Below the pieces are notes generated by a model. The model ran no database searches. It saw only the letters and a list, made by a program, of their open reading frames with translations, and was not told the origin of the DNA. This document shows positions 37,140 to 49,768 of a DNA stretch of 64,000 nucleotides, one piece after another. The position numbers and the translations under genes were made by a program. This stretch comes from Bilabrum cf. latius (taxonomy: Eukaryota): assembly GCA_965178125.1 (NCBI GenBank), contig OZ237758.1, forward strand, positions 372,001-436,000, in the 5' to 3' direction. How positions within the stretch are numbered: the first letter of the stretch is position 1; the number at the start of each line of letters is the position of its first letter.

Positions 37140-38612
37140 TCAGGCCGATCTGCCCTCCTCGACCTGCATCACCAGCTAGCAGCGTGGTCCCACCCCGTCG
37201 ATGCAGCCGCTCTTCCTACCCCTCAGCCAGGCCATGTCGCGGTTCCGCCTCTCCGCAAAATGCAGCAGGCTCACGCCCGTATCCGTGCCTCCGCCTGGGC
37301 TCATTTGATCGCCTGACGCGGCCCCCCCATCCTTTGGTGCCTGGTGGCTCTCGGGCTTAACTGGGCCCTCGCTATCACTGGCCCCCTCTTCCTTGCCGAT
37401 CGCGGCCTCTTTTCCACCACTGCCAGAGCCAGGGGCGGCCTCTTTTCCACCACTGCCAGAGCCAGGGGCGGCCTCTTTTCCCCCACTGCCAGAGCCAGGG
37501 GCGGCCTCCCTTTCTTCCATAGCCCTCGCTCCCCCTTGTGCTGCCCCGCCATCTTCGCCCGCGCCGGTCCCGCGTCTTGCCAAACGTGCAGGCGTACCAT
37601 TCAGTATCCCCTCAAGTGAGGACCATGTTCTCCCCTTATCGGACGCCAGTGGGAACATGCATGTCAGAGGCTCGCCCTCTGGATGCCACAAGCCAATCTC
37701 CACGAAGCACTGCTTGGGGACCGTAGATCTAGCAAGCGGGGTGAATAAATCAGAGTCAGGAGGGCACGCTTGTATACCCAAAACTGCATTCACACCGTTA
37801 GTCACATCCTTTGCTATTTTCTGCAATTCTTGAATCTGCCCAGAGCCATCCTCCAGCGGATCAGCTTTCCAGCCTGCTGCCGGTGGCATGACGAACTACT
37901 CACGAACTCCACTTTCCTCACTGGCAGCCCGCCATGGATACCCTGCCTCGTCTCGATCTTTGGGTCTGCCCATCTTGAGCAATTTGCCCAGTGGCACGGC
38001 ATGTTTCAGATCGACACGCTTGTTGTAGGATCTGACCTTGTCTAAGAACCTCTTGTAGGCTTTCGTTTCGTCCCTGACTAGCAGTGCATGATATGATGAC
38101 TCAAGGTTTGCAATTGTCTTTGGTTTTGAGCCCGTTGTTCCTATTCCTGGTGACAAATCAACGTACAGAGTTGCAGACAGTGGTTGCATCCAGATTTCCA
38201 GCAGCTCGCAGTCTGGACCAGGCAGAGTCAATGAGAGATCCTGCACTATTTCATCGGCACGTCTCATCACTCCCGAATGCGCGTACTCCGCTACGATTTG
38301 AGACCCCGGCAAACACGAATATGCTAGCTCTCCACCAGAATCAGCGCCAGGCTTTCCTGATCGCTTTTCCTTCAGCTATTGTTGGCACTTTAAGGTCACT
38401 CTGTCGAATTTCTCGTCTTTGCCCACTTTCAGAGTGTAAGTCCAGTGTATGCCATCACCACTGCCAGCCGGTCCCGGACGTCGTGTTTTGATAACAAGAA
38501 GATACTTGTATACCACGCCGGAGAAGGTCAATGCATTGGCCCCGTTGTGCCAAAAATGGCAATTCACAATCAAGAAACAGAATAAAAACGCGGTGCGCAG
38601 GGCAACCTACAT
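37140..38612 (-). CDS. Partner protein B, copy 2 (490 codons; 3 repeats)
   Basis: ORFs 38376-38573, 37896-38312 and 37176-37889 share a frame joined by TAG. ATG at 38612, TGA at 37140. Confidence 0.75.
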
Positions 38613-38773
38613 CTGATTGGAGACTGAATTGTGCACTACCTGCCAGTGGTGTTGGCGGCGGTGCAGTGCGTCCCCAAAGTGGGGCCCCCCAAGACCTCTG
38701 GTCCCCAATCAACATTTCGGCCAGAACACTCACCAAGTATGTTGATTTTGTTTCCGTCTGGATTGGAGTCATA

Positions 38774-40915
38774 ATGGTATCCCTGTTCGACAGCCGCAGG
38801 CGGGACGTTGAATGCCAGAAGACGGATGTCGCGGCCTTTGTCCGAGAGATGCTCCAAATCAGACAAGAACCAAGCCAAGTCACTGAATTGCGCGTATCGG
38901 GCGATCTTTCTTCAGAGCCTGCCATGACTGCAGTTGTGGACCTGCTGGGCGCAAGCACCACCGTGACCGGGCTACACCTGGATGGTACCTGCATCGGGAC
39001 TGCAGGTGCGCATCAGATTGCAGCGAGCTTTGCCGAGCTAGGAGATCGCCAGGCCCCGCTTCAATACCTGATCATGTCGCAGAATGCGAGGATCGATACG
39101 CCTGGCATTGTGGCGCTGGCACGAGCAGCCGCCTCCCATCCGACACTCGCAAGACTCAGCCTCTCTGACTGCAGAGTCGGAAACGAGGGCGCGAAAGCTC
39201 TTGCGCAAGCATTGACAAGCTCCACTTCGCTGGTGTCGCTGGTGTTGCAGAAGTGCGGGATCCGCCGAAGTGGAGCCCTAGCTCTTGCAGCCAGCGTTGT
39301 GCAGAAGCCCGTCCAGTTTATCAACCTGTCCATGAACCCTATCGGCGACGATGCAGCTGCCGCTCTATTGGATGCGATCAGCACTTGCCCGGCTGTAGAT
39401 GTGGTAGTCTTGGATTTCGTGCGTGGCGGCGACAAGATGGCCGTGTCGCTGGCACGGTGCTTGGGGCCGGACAGCAAGTGCAGGTTGGACACAGTCATCA
39501 TCGAGAACAACAGTATCGGGCCTACTGGGGTCGATGCACTGTCCCACGCCATTGCTCGCAGTGACAGATTGTCACTCTTCGATTGCATGTGCGTCGTCCG
39601 AACCCTGCAGTCGTACAAGCAGCTGGAGGCCGCTGTGCAGGCCGTGAGACAGCGGCGGCAGCTGGTCGCAAGGACGACCTTCTTGCCAGACCAGGACGAT
39701 AGATACACTCGGAACGAGCTTGAGGGCTTCTCTTCCTGGCGCCAGCGGGCCATGGTGCTGCACCGGCGGGCACACGAGGCCAAGAGGGACGCCGGGCGGA
39801 TGGGGCGGGCCGCGAAGGAGGGGAGGCCCCTGGAGCTGGGGAAGCGGGCGCGGCTGGGTGTGCTGGGCGGGGGTCTGGAGGTGATGGTGGGGGTGTGCGC
39901 GGACTGGTCGATGCAGAGTCGGCTGGGCGTGGCAGGGAGCGAGGTGCTGCAGTGCGATGCACTGTGCGCTGCCTGCTTGGGCGGCCACGCTGACTGTGTG
40001 GGAGTGCTGCTGGACGCAATGGATGGGGCATGTGGCATGCTCGGGGCATTGCGGGAGGGGGCGTGGGCGAGGATGGGCGGGGCAGGGGTTTTGTCAGGCT
40101 TCAGCTGCGTGGGCCTGTGCGCGAGGCTGGTGGGTGTGGACGGGTATGAGGGTGTGTGCTCGCGAGTGGGGGCTTGGGTGGGCAGAGTGCGCGGGTAGCT
40201 GGATGGGCTTGCGGGTGCCTGTGTGGGCGTGTGCGATCGTGCGGTGCAGCTGGAGCGGAGGAGGGACAGGCGTCGGGAGGCGATGGGGGCGGACGCGGCT
40301 GCCAAGGAGCAGGCGGAGCTTGACAAGCTCGAGACTGAGACAGCCGCGCATATGAAGGAGGGGGGCGATGCGGTGGAGCTGTGGCAGACTATATGCAGCG
40401 GTTGCGACTACTGGTACTACAAGTGGGAGTAGGTCTTTAGTACGTATTGGGAATGGTCCGATCTGCAGGGCAAGCGGCTGCGTGCAGAGCAGGCCGAGGA
40501 AGGGGCGGACGAGGCCGTGCGTGAGGCGGTGCGTGTGTGGGAGGGCGTGCGGGGGGGGCTGGAGGGACTGAAGCGGGTGCTGGCGAGGCAGCGGGGCTCA
40601 GGTGCTGGGGGAGCAGTGGGATCGGCTGAGAGCGCTGTGGGGCTGGCCGAGTTGGCGCTGGGGAGGGGGAAGGGGGCTGGGCTGCTGGGTTGTGCAATGG
40701 AGGGGGTGGGGCGGCATGTGTCGGGCGAGGCGGTAGACTGGGGCCGCGTGTGGGATGAGGCCAAGGTGGACAGGTGGGCGGTGGGGGTGGATTCAGATGT
40801 GCAGGGGGTGGTGCGAGAGGTGATGGGTGGGATCAAGGCGGAGGGGGGAGGGCAGGACAATGGAAGCGATGAGAGCGATGGGGAGACGGGCTCTGAGCAC
40901 AGTACAGATAGCTGA
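38774..40915 (+). CDS. RI-type LRR protein A, copy 3 (713 aa)
   Basis: Intact paralogue, two in-frame TAG, TGA stop. Confidence 0.85.
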
Positions 40916-41083
40916 ACATCCCACAGGTCGAGAACCAGTAAACCCCAGATGGATTTAGCTTGGTGCCCTGTCTCGCTCTACGCATTTGATCCCAGCGGTT
41001 GCGGCGTTCCAGAGTCTGGGTTCTAGTATCACGCAGAGCGGATGGGGGAACACATAGCTCATGCTCCACACGCATCTCCCCGC

Positions 41084-41398
41084 TCAGGCCGATCTGCCCT
41101 CCTCGACCTGCATCACCAGCTAGCAGCGTGATCCCACCCCGTCGATGCAGTCGCTCTTCCTACCTCTCAGCCAGGCCATGTCGCGGTTCCGCCTCTCCGC
41201 AAAATGCAGCAGGCTCACGCCCGTATCCGTGCCTCCGCCTGGGCTCATTTGATCGCCTGACGCGGCCTCCCCATCCTGTGGTGCCTGTTGGCTCTCGGTT
41301 TTAACTGGGCCCTCGCTATCACTGGCCCCCTCTTCCTTGCCGATCGCGGCCTCTTTTCCTCCACTGCCAGAGCCAGGGGTGACCTCCCTTACTTCCAT
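41084..41398 (-). other. 5'-truncated partner gene B (open 104-codon mini-ORF or pseudogene)
   Basis: Only the 3' ~317 bp of B is retained, starting at an internal in-frame ATG (MEVREVTPGSGSGGK). Confidence 0.7.
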
Positions 41399-41520
41399 GG
41401 ATATCGGTGGTTGTGCGTCCCCCAAGTGGGGTCCCCCAAGACCTCTGGTCCCGAATCAACATTTCGGCCAGAACACTCACCAAGTATGTTGATTTTGTTT
41501 CCGTCTGGATTGGAGTCATA

Positions 41521-43662
41521 ATGGTATCCCTGTTCGACAGCCGCAGGCGGGACGTTGAATGCCAGAAGACGGATGTCGCGGCCTTTGTCCGAGAGATGCT
41601 CCAAATCAGACAAGAACCAAGCCAAGTCACTGAATTGCGCGTATCGGGCGACCTTTCTTCAAAGCCTGCCATGACTGCAGTTGTGGACCTGCTGGGCGCA
41701 AGCACCACCGTGACCGGGCTACACCTGGATGGTACCTGCATCGGGACTGCAGGTGCGCATCAGATTGCAGCGAGCTTTGCCGAGCTAGGAGATCGCCAGG
41801 CCCCGCTTCAATACCTGATCATGTCGCAGAATGCGAGGATCGATACGCCTGGCATTGTGGCGCTGGCACGAGCAGCCGCCTCCCATCCGACACTCGCAAG
41901 TCTCTACCTCTGTGACTGCAGAGTCGGAAACGAGGGCGCGAAAGCTCTTGCGCAAGCATTGACAAGCTCCACTTCGCTGGTGTCGCTGGTGCTGCAGAAG
42001 TGCGGGATCCGCCGAAGCGGAGCCCTGGCTCTTGCAGCCAGCGTTGTGCAGAAGCCCGTGCAGTTTATCAACCTGTCCATGAACCCTATCGGCGACGATG
42101 CAGCTGCCGCTCTATTGGATGCGATCAGCACTTGCCCGGCTGTAGATGTGGCTTCCTTGCGTTGCGTACGTGGCGGCGACAAGATGGCAGTGTCGCTGGC
42201 ACGGTGCTTGGGGCCGGACAGCAAGTGCAGGTTGAAAACAGTCAGCATCGAGAACAACAGCATCGGGCCTACTGGGGTCGATGCGCTGTCCCACGCCATT
42301 GCTCGCAGTGACAGATTGTCGCGCCTCTATGGCATGTGCGTCGTCCGAACCCTGCAGTCGTACAAGCAGCTGGAGGCCGCTGTGCAGGCCGTGAGACAGC
42401 GGCGGCAGCTGGTCGCAAAGACGACCTTCTTGCCAGACCAGGACGATAGATACACTCGGAACGAGCTTGAGGGCTTCTCTTCCTGGCGCCAGCGGGCCAT
42501 GGTGCTGCACCGGCGGGCACATGATGCCAAGAGGGACGCCGGGCGGATGGGGCGGGCCGCGAAGGAGGGGAGGCCTCTGGAGCTGGGGAAGCGGGCGCGG
42601 CTGGGTGTGCTGGGCGGGGGTCTGGAGGTGATGGTGGGGGTGTGCGCGGACTGGTCGATACAGAGTCGGCTGGGCGTGGCAGGGAGCGAGGTGCTGCAGT
42701 GCGATGCATTGTGCGCTGCCTGCTTGGGCGGCCACGCTGACTGTGTGGGAGTGCTGCTTGATGCAATGGATGGGGCATGTGGCATGCTCGGGGCATTGCG
42801 GGAGGGGGCATGGGCGAGGATGGGCGGGGCAGGGGCTTTGTCAGGCTTCAGCTGCGTGGGCCTGTGCGCGAGGCTGGTGGGTGTGGATGGGTATGAGGGT
42901 GTGTGCTTGCGAGTGGGGGCTTGGGTGGGCAGAGTGCGCGGGTAGCTGGATGGGCTTGCGGATGCCTGTGTGGGCGTGTGCGATCGTGCGGTGCAGCTGG
43001 AGCGGAGGAGGGACAGGCGTCGGGAGGCGATGGGGGCGGACGCGGCTGCCAAGGAGCAGGCGGAGCTTGACAAGCTCGAGACTGAGACAGCCGCGCATAT
43101 GAAGGAGGGGGACGATGCGGTGGAGCTGTGGCAGACTATATGCAGCGGTAGCGACTACTGGTACTACAAGTGGGAGTAGGTCTTTAGTACGTATTGGGAA
43201 TGGTCCGATCTGCAGGGCAAGCGGCTGCGTGCAGAGCAGGCCGAGGAAGGGGCGGACGAGGCCGTGCGTGAGGCGGTGCGTGTGTGGGAGGGCGTGCGGG
43301 GGGGGCTGGAGGGACTGAAGCGGGTGCTGGCGAGGCAGCGGGGCTCGGGTGCTGGGGGAGCAGTGGGTTCGGCTGAGAGCGCTGTGGGGCTGGCCGAGTT
43401 GGCGCTGGGGAGGGGGAAGGGGGCTGGGCTGCTGGGTTGTGCGATGGAGGGGGTGGGGCGGCATGTGTCGGGCGAGGCGGTAGACTGGGGCCGCGTGTGG
43501 GATGAGGCCAAGGTGGACAGGTGGGCGGTGGGGGTGGATTCAGATGTGCAAGGGGTGGTGCGAGAGGTGATGGGTGGGATCAAGGCGGAGGGGGGAGGGC
43601 AGGACAATGGAAGCGATGAGAGCGATGGGGAGACGGGCTCTGAGCACAGTACAGATAGCTGA
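41521..43662 (+). CDS. RI-type LRR protein A, copy 4
   Basis: Intact paralogue, two in-frame TAG, TGA stop. Confidence 0.85.
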
Positions 43663-43829
43663 ACATCCCACAGGTCGAGAACCAGTAAACCCCAGATGGA
43701 TTAAGCCTGGTGCCCTGTCTCGCTCTACGCATTTGATCCCAGCGGTTGCGGCGTTCCAGAGTCTGGGTTCTAGTATCACGCAGAGCGGATGGGGAACACA
43801 TAGCTCATGCTCCACACGCATCTCCCCGC

Positions 43830-44144
43830 TCAGGCCGATCTGCCCTCCTCGACCTGCATCACCAGCTAGCAGCGTGGTCCCACCCCGTCGATGCAGTCGC
43901 TCTTCCTACCTCTCAGCCAGGCCATGTCGCGGTTCCGCCTCTCCGCAAAATACAGCAGGCTCACGCCCGTATCCGTGCCTCCGCCTGGGCTCATTTGATC
44001 GCCTGACGCGGCCTCCCCATCCGTTGGTGCCTGGTGGCTCTCGGGCTTAACTGGGCCCTCGCTATCACTGGCCCCCTCTTCCTTGCCGATCGCGGCCTCT
44101 TTTCCTCCACTGCCAGAACCAGGGGTGGCCTCCCTTACTTCCAT
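43830..44144 (-). other. 5'-truncated partner gene B
   Basis: Same breakpoint (ttccatgg|atatcggtgg) as 41084-41398. Confidence 0.7.
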
Positions 44145-44266
44145 GGATATCGGTGGCGGTGCGTCCCCCAAGTGGGGTCCCCCAAGACCTCTGGTCCCCA
44201 ATCAACATTTCGGCCAGAACACTCACCAAGTATGTTGATTTTGTTTCCGTCTGGATTGGTGTCATA

Positions 44267-46414
44267 ATGGTATCCCTGTTCGACAGCCGCAGGCGGGACG
44301 TTGAATGCCAGAAGACGGATGTCGCGGCCTTTGTCCGAGAGATGCTCCAAATCAGACAAGAACCAAGCCAAGTCACTGAATTGCGCGTATCGGGCGACCT
44401 TTCTTCAAAGCCTGCCATGACTGCAGTTGTGGACCTGCTGGGCGCAAGTACCACCGTGACCGGGCTACACCTGGATGGTACCTGCATCGGGACTGCAGGT
44501 GCGCATCAGATTGCAGCGAGCTTTGCCGAGCTAGGAGATCGCCAGGCCCCGCTTCAATACCTGATCATGTCGCAGAATGCGAGGATCGATACGCCTGGCA
44601 TTGTGGCGCTGGCACGGGCTGCCGCCTCCCATCCGACACTCGCAAGTCTCTGCCTCTCTGACTGCAGAGTCGGAAACGAGGGCGCGAAAGCTCTTGCGCA
44701 AGCATTGACAAGCTCCACTTCGCTGGTGTCGCTGGTGCTGCAGAAGTGCGGGATCCGCCGAAGCGGAGCCCTGGCTCTTGCAGCCAGCGTTGTGCAGAAG
44801 CCCGTCCAGTTTATCAACCTGTCCATGAACCCTATCGGCGACGATGCAGCTGCCGCTCTATTGGATGCGATCAGCACTTGCCCGGCTGTAGATGTGGTAG
44901 TCTTGGATTTCGTGCATGGCGGCGACAAGATGGCAGTGTCGCTGGCACGGTGCTTGGGGCCGGACAGCAAGTGCAGGTTGAGAACAGTCGTCATCGAGAA
45001 CAACAGCATCGGGCCTACTGGGATCGATGCACTGTCCCACGCCATTGCTCGCAGCGACAGATTGTCACTCTTCAATTGCATGTGCATCGTCCGAACCCTG
45101 CAGTCGTACAAGCAGCTGGAGGCCGCTGTGCAGGCCGTGAGACAGCGGCGACAGCTGGTCGCAAAGACGACCTTCTTGCCAGACCAGGACGATAGATACA
45201 CTCGGAACGAGCTTGAGGGCTTCTCTTCCTGGCGCCAGCGGGCCATGGTGCTGCACCGGCGGGCACATGAGGCCAAGAGGGACGCCGGGCGGATGGGGCG
45301 GGCCGCGAAGGAGGGGAGGCCTCTGGAGCTGGGGAAGCGGGCGCGGCTGGGTGTGCTGGGCGGGGGTCTGGAGGTGATGGTGGGGGTGTGCGCGGACTGG
45401 TCGATACAGAGTCGGCTGGGCGTGGCAGGGAGCGAGGTGCTGCAGTGCGATGCACTGTGCGCTGCCTGCTTGGGCGGCCACGCTGACTGTGTGGGAGTGC
45501 TGCTGGATGCAATGGATGGGGCATGTGGCATGCTCGGGGCATTGCGGGAGGGGGCATGGGCGAGGATGGGCGGGGCAGGGGCTTTGTCAGGCTTCAGCTG
45601 CGTGGGCCTGTGCGCGAGGCTGGTGGGTGTGGATGGGTATGAGGGTGTGTGCTTGCGAGTGGGGGCTTGGGTGGGCAGAGTGCGCGGGTAGCTGGATGGG
45701 CTTGCGGATGCCTGTGTGGGCGTGTGCGATCGTGCGGTGCAGCTGGAGCGGAGGAGGGACAGGCGTCGGGAGGCGATGGGGGCGGATGCGGCTGCCAAGG
45801 AGCAGGCGGAGCTTGACAAGCTCGAGACTGAGACAGCCGCGCATATGAAGGAGGGGGACGATGCGGTGGAGCTGTGGCAGACTATATGCAGCGGTTGCGA
45901 CTACTGGTACTACAAGTGGGAGTAGGTCTTTAGTACGTATTGGGAATGGTCCGATCTGCAGGGCAAGCGGCTGCGTGCAGAGCAGGCCGAGGAAGGGGCG
46001 GACGAGGCCGTGCGTGAGGCGGTGCGTGTGTGGGAGGACGTGCGGGGGGGGCTGGAGGGACTGAAGCGGGTGCTGGCGAGGCAGCGGGGCTCGGGTGCTG
46101 GGGATGCAGTGGTATCGGCTGAGAGCGCTGTGGGGCTGGCCGAGTTGGTGCTGGGGAGGGGGAAGGGGGCTGGGCTGCTGGGTTGTGCGATGGAAGGGGT
46201 GGGGCGGCATGTGTCGGGCGAGGCGGTAGACTGGGGCCGCGTGTGGGATGAGGCCAAGGTGGACAGGTGGGCGGTGGGGGTGGGGGTGGATTCAGATGTG
46301 CAGGGGGTGGTGCGAGAGGTGATGGGTGGGATCAAGGCGGAGGGGGGAGGACTGGACAATGGAAGCGATGAGAGCGATGGGGAGACGGGCTCTGAGCACA
46401 GTACAGATAGCTAA
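44267..46414 (+). CDS. RI-type LRR protein A, copy 5
   Basis: Intact paralogue, two in-frame TAG, TAA stop. Confidence 0.85.
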
Positions 46415-46582
46415 ACATACCACTGGTCGAGAACCAGTATACCCCAGATGGATTAAGCCTGGTGCCCTGTCTCGCTCTACGCATTTGATCCCAGCTGTTG
46501 CGGCGTTCCAGAGTCTGGGTTCTAGTATCACGCAGAGCGGATGGGGGAACACATAGCTCATGCTCCACACGCATCTCCCCGC

Positions 46583-46897
46583 TCAGGCCGATCTGCCCTC
46601 CTCGACCTGCATCACCAGCTAGCAGCGTGGTCCCACCCCGTCGATGCAGTCGCTCTTCCTACCCCTCAGCCAGGCCATGTCGCGGTTCCGCCTCTCCGCA
46701 AAATACAGCAGGCTCACGCCCGTATCCGTGCCTCCGCCTGCGCTCATTTGATCGCCTGACGCGGCCTCCCCATCCGTTGGTGCCTGGTGGCTCTCGGGCT
46801 TAACTGGGCCCTCGCTATCACTGGCCCCCTCTTCCTTGCCGATCGCGGCCTCTTTTCCTCCACTGCCAGAACCAGGGGTGGCCTCCCTTACTTCCAT
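46583..46897 (-). other. 5'-truncated partner gene B
   Basis: Same breakpoint as the other short units. Confidence 0.7.
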
Positions 46898-47019
46898 GGA
46901 TATCGGTGGCGGTGCGTCCCCCAAGTGGGGTCCCCCAAGACCTCTGGCCCCCAATCAACATTTCGGCCAGAACACTCACCAAGTATGTTGATTTTGTTTC
47001 CGTCTGGATTGGTGTCATA

Positions 47020-49167
47020 ATGGTATCCCTGTTCGACAGCCGCAGGCGGGACGTTGAATGCCAGAAGACGGATGTCGCGGCCTTTGTCCGAGAGATGCTC
47101 CAAATCAGACAAGAACCAAGCCAAGTCACTGAATTGCGCGTATCGGGCGACCTTTCTTCAAAGCCTGCCATGACTGCAGTTGTGGACCTGCTGGGCGCAA
47201 GTACCACCATGACCGGGCTACACCTGGATGGTACCTGCATCGGGACTACAGGTGCGCATCAGATTGCAGCGAGCTTCACCGAGCTAGGAGATCGCCAGGC
47301 CCCGCTTCAATACCTGATCATGTCGCAGAATGCGAGGATCGATATGCCTGGCATTGTGGCGCTGGCACGGGCTGCCGCCTCCCATCCGACACTCGCAAGT
47401 CTCTGCCTCTCTGACTGCAGAGTCGGAAACGAGGGCGCGAAAGCTCTTGCGCAAGCTTTGACAAGCTCCACTACGCTGGTGTCGCTGGTGTTGCAGAAGT
47501 GCGGGATCCGCCGAAGCGGAGCCCTAGCTCTTGCAGCCAGCGTTGTGCAGAAGCCCGTCCAGTTTATCAACCTGTCCATGAACCCTATCGGCGACGATGC
47601 AGCTGCCGCTCTATTGGATGCGATCAGCACTTGCCCGGCTGTAGATGTGGTAGGCTTACGGTCTGTGCATGGCGGCGACAAGATGGCCGTGTCGCTGGCA
47701 CGGTGCTTGGGGCCGGACAGCAAGTGCAGGTTGGACACAGTCGTCATCGAGAACAACAGCATCGGGCCTACTGGGATCGATGCGCTGTCCCACGCCATTG
47801 CTCGCAGTGACAGATTGTCGCGCCTCTATGGCATGTGCGTCGTCCGAACCCTGCAGTCGTACAAGCAGCTGGAGGCCGCTGTGCAGGCCGTGAGACAGCG
47901 GCGGCAGCTGGTCGCAAGGACGACCTTCTTGCCAGACCAGGACGATAGATACACTCGGAACGAGCTTAAGGGCTTCTCTTCCTGGCGCCAGCGGGCCATG
48001 GTGCTGCACCGGCGGGCACATGAGGCCAAGAGGGACGCCGGGCGGATGGGGCGGGCCGCGAAGGAGGGGAGGCCTCTGGAGCTGGGGAAGCGGGCGCGGC
48101 TGGGTGTGCTGGGCGGGGGTCTGGAGGTGATGGTGGGGGTGTGCGCGGACTGGTCGATACAGAGTCGGCTGGGCGTGGCAGGGAGCGAGGTGCTGCAGTG
48201 CGATGCACTGTGCGCTGCCTGCTTGGGCGGCCACGCTGACTGTGTGGGAGTGCTGCTGGATGCAATGGATGGGGCATGCGGCATGCTCGGGGCATTGCGG
48301 GAGGGGGCATGGGCGAGGATGGGCGGGGCAGGGGCTTTGTCAGGCTTCAGCTGCGTGGGCCTGTGCGCGAGGCTGGTGGGTGTGGATGGGTATGAGGGTG
48401 TGTGCTTGCGAGTGGGGGCTTGGGTGGGCAGAGTGCGCGGGTAGCTGGATGGGCTTGCGGATGCCTGTGTGGGCGTGTGCGATCGTGCGGTGCAGCTGGA
48501 GCGGAGGAGGGACAGGCGTCGGGAGGCGATGGGGGCGGACGCGGCTGCCAAGGAGCAGGCGGAGCTTGACAAGCTCGAGACTGAGACAGCCGCGCATATG
48601 AAGGAGGGGGACGATGCGGTGGAGCTGTGGCAGACTATATGCAGCGGTTGCGACTACTGGTACTACAAGTGGGAGTAGGTCTTTAGTACGTATTGGGAAT
48701 GGTCCGATCTGCAGGGCAAGCGGCTGCGTGCAGAGCAGGCCGAGGAAGGGGCGGACGAGGCCGTGCGTGAGGCGGTGCGTGTGTGGGAGGGCGTGCGGGG
48801 GGTACTGGAGGGACTGAAGCGGGTGCTGGCGAGGCAGCGGGGCTCGGGTGCTGGGGGAGCAGTGGGATCGGCTGAGAGCGCTGTGGGGCTGGCCGAGTTG
48901 GCGCTGGGGAGGGGGGAGGGGGCTGGGCTGCTGGGTTGTGCGATGGAGGGGGTGGGGCGGCATGTGTCGGGCGAGGCGGTAGACTGGGGCCGCGTGTGGG
49001 ATGAGGCCAAGGTGGACAGGTGGGCGGTGGGGGTGGGGGTGGATTCAGATGTGCAGGGGGTGGTGCGAGAGGTGATGGGTGGGATCAAGGCGGAGGGGGG
49101 AGGGCAGGACGATGGAAGCGATGAGAGCGATGGGGAGACGGGCTCCGAGCACAGTACAAATAGCTGA
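47020..49167 (+). CDS. RI-type LRR protein A, copy 6
   Basis: Intact paralogue, two in-frame TAG, TGA stop. Confidence 0.85.
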
Positions 49168-49331
49168 ACATACCACAGGTCGAGAATCAGGATACCCCAG
49201 ATGGATTTAGCCTGGTGCCCTGTCTCGCTCTACGCATTTGATCCCAGCGGTTGCGGCGTTCCAGAGTCCGGGTTCTAGTATCACGCAGAGCGGATGGGAA
49301 CATAGCTCATGCTCCACACGCATCTCCCCGC

Positions 49332-49646
49332 TCAGGCCGATCTGCCCTCCTCGACCTGCATCACCAGCTAGCAGCGTGGTCCCACCCCGTCGATGCAGCC
49401 GCTCTTCCTACCCCTCAGCCAGGCCATGTCGCGGTTCCGCCTCTCCGCAAAATGCAGCAGGCTCACGCCCGTATCCGTGCCTCCGCCTGGGCTCATTTGA
49501 TCGCCTGACGCGGCCTCCCCATCCTTTGGTGCCTGGTGGCCCTCGGGCTTAACTGGGCCCTCGCTATCACTGGCCCCCTCTTCCTTGCCGATCGCGGCCT
49601 CTTTTTCACCACTGCCAGAGCCAGGGGTGACCTCCCTTACTTCCAT
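49332..49646 (-). other. 5'-truncated partner gene B
   Basis: Same breakpoint as the other short units. Confidence 0.7.
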
Positions 49647-49768
49647 GGATATCGGTGGCGGTGCGTCCCCCAAGTGGGGTCCCCCAAGACCTCTGGTCCC
49701 CAATCAACATTTCGGCCAGAACACTCACCAAGTATGTTGATTTTGTTTCCGTCCAGATTGGTGTCATA

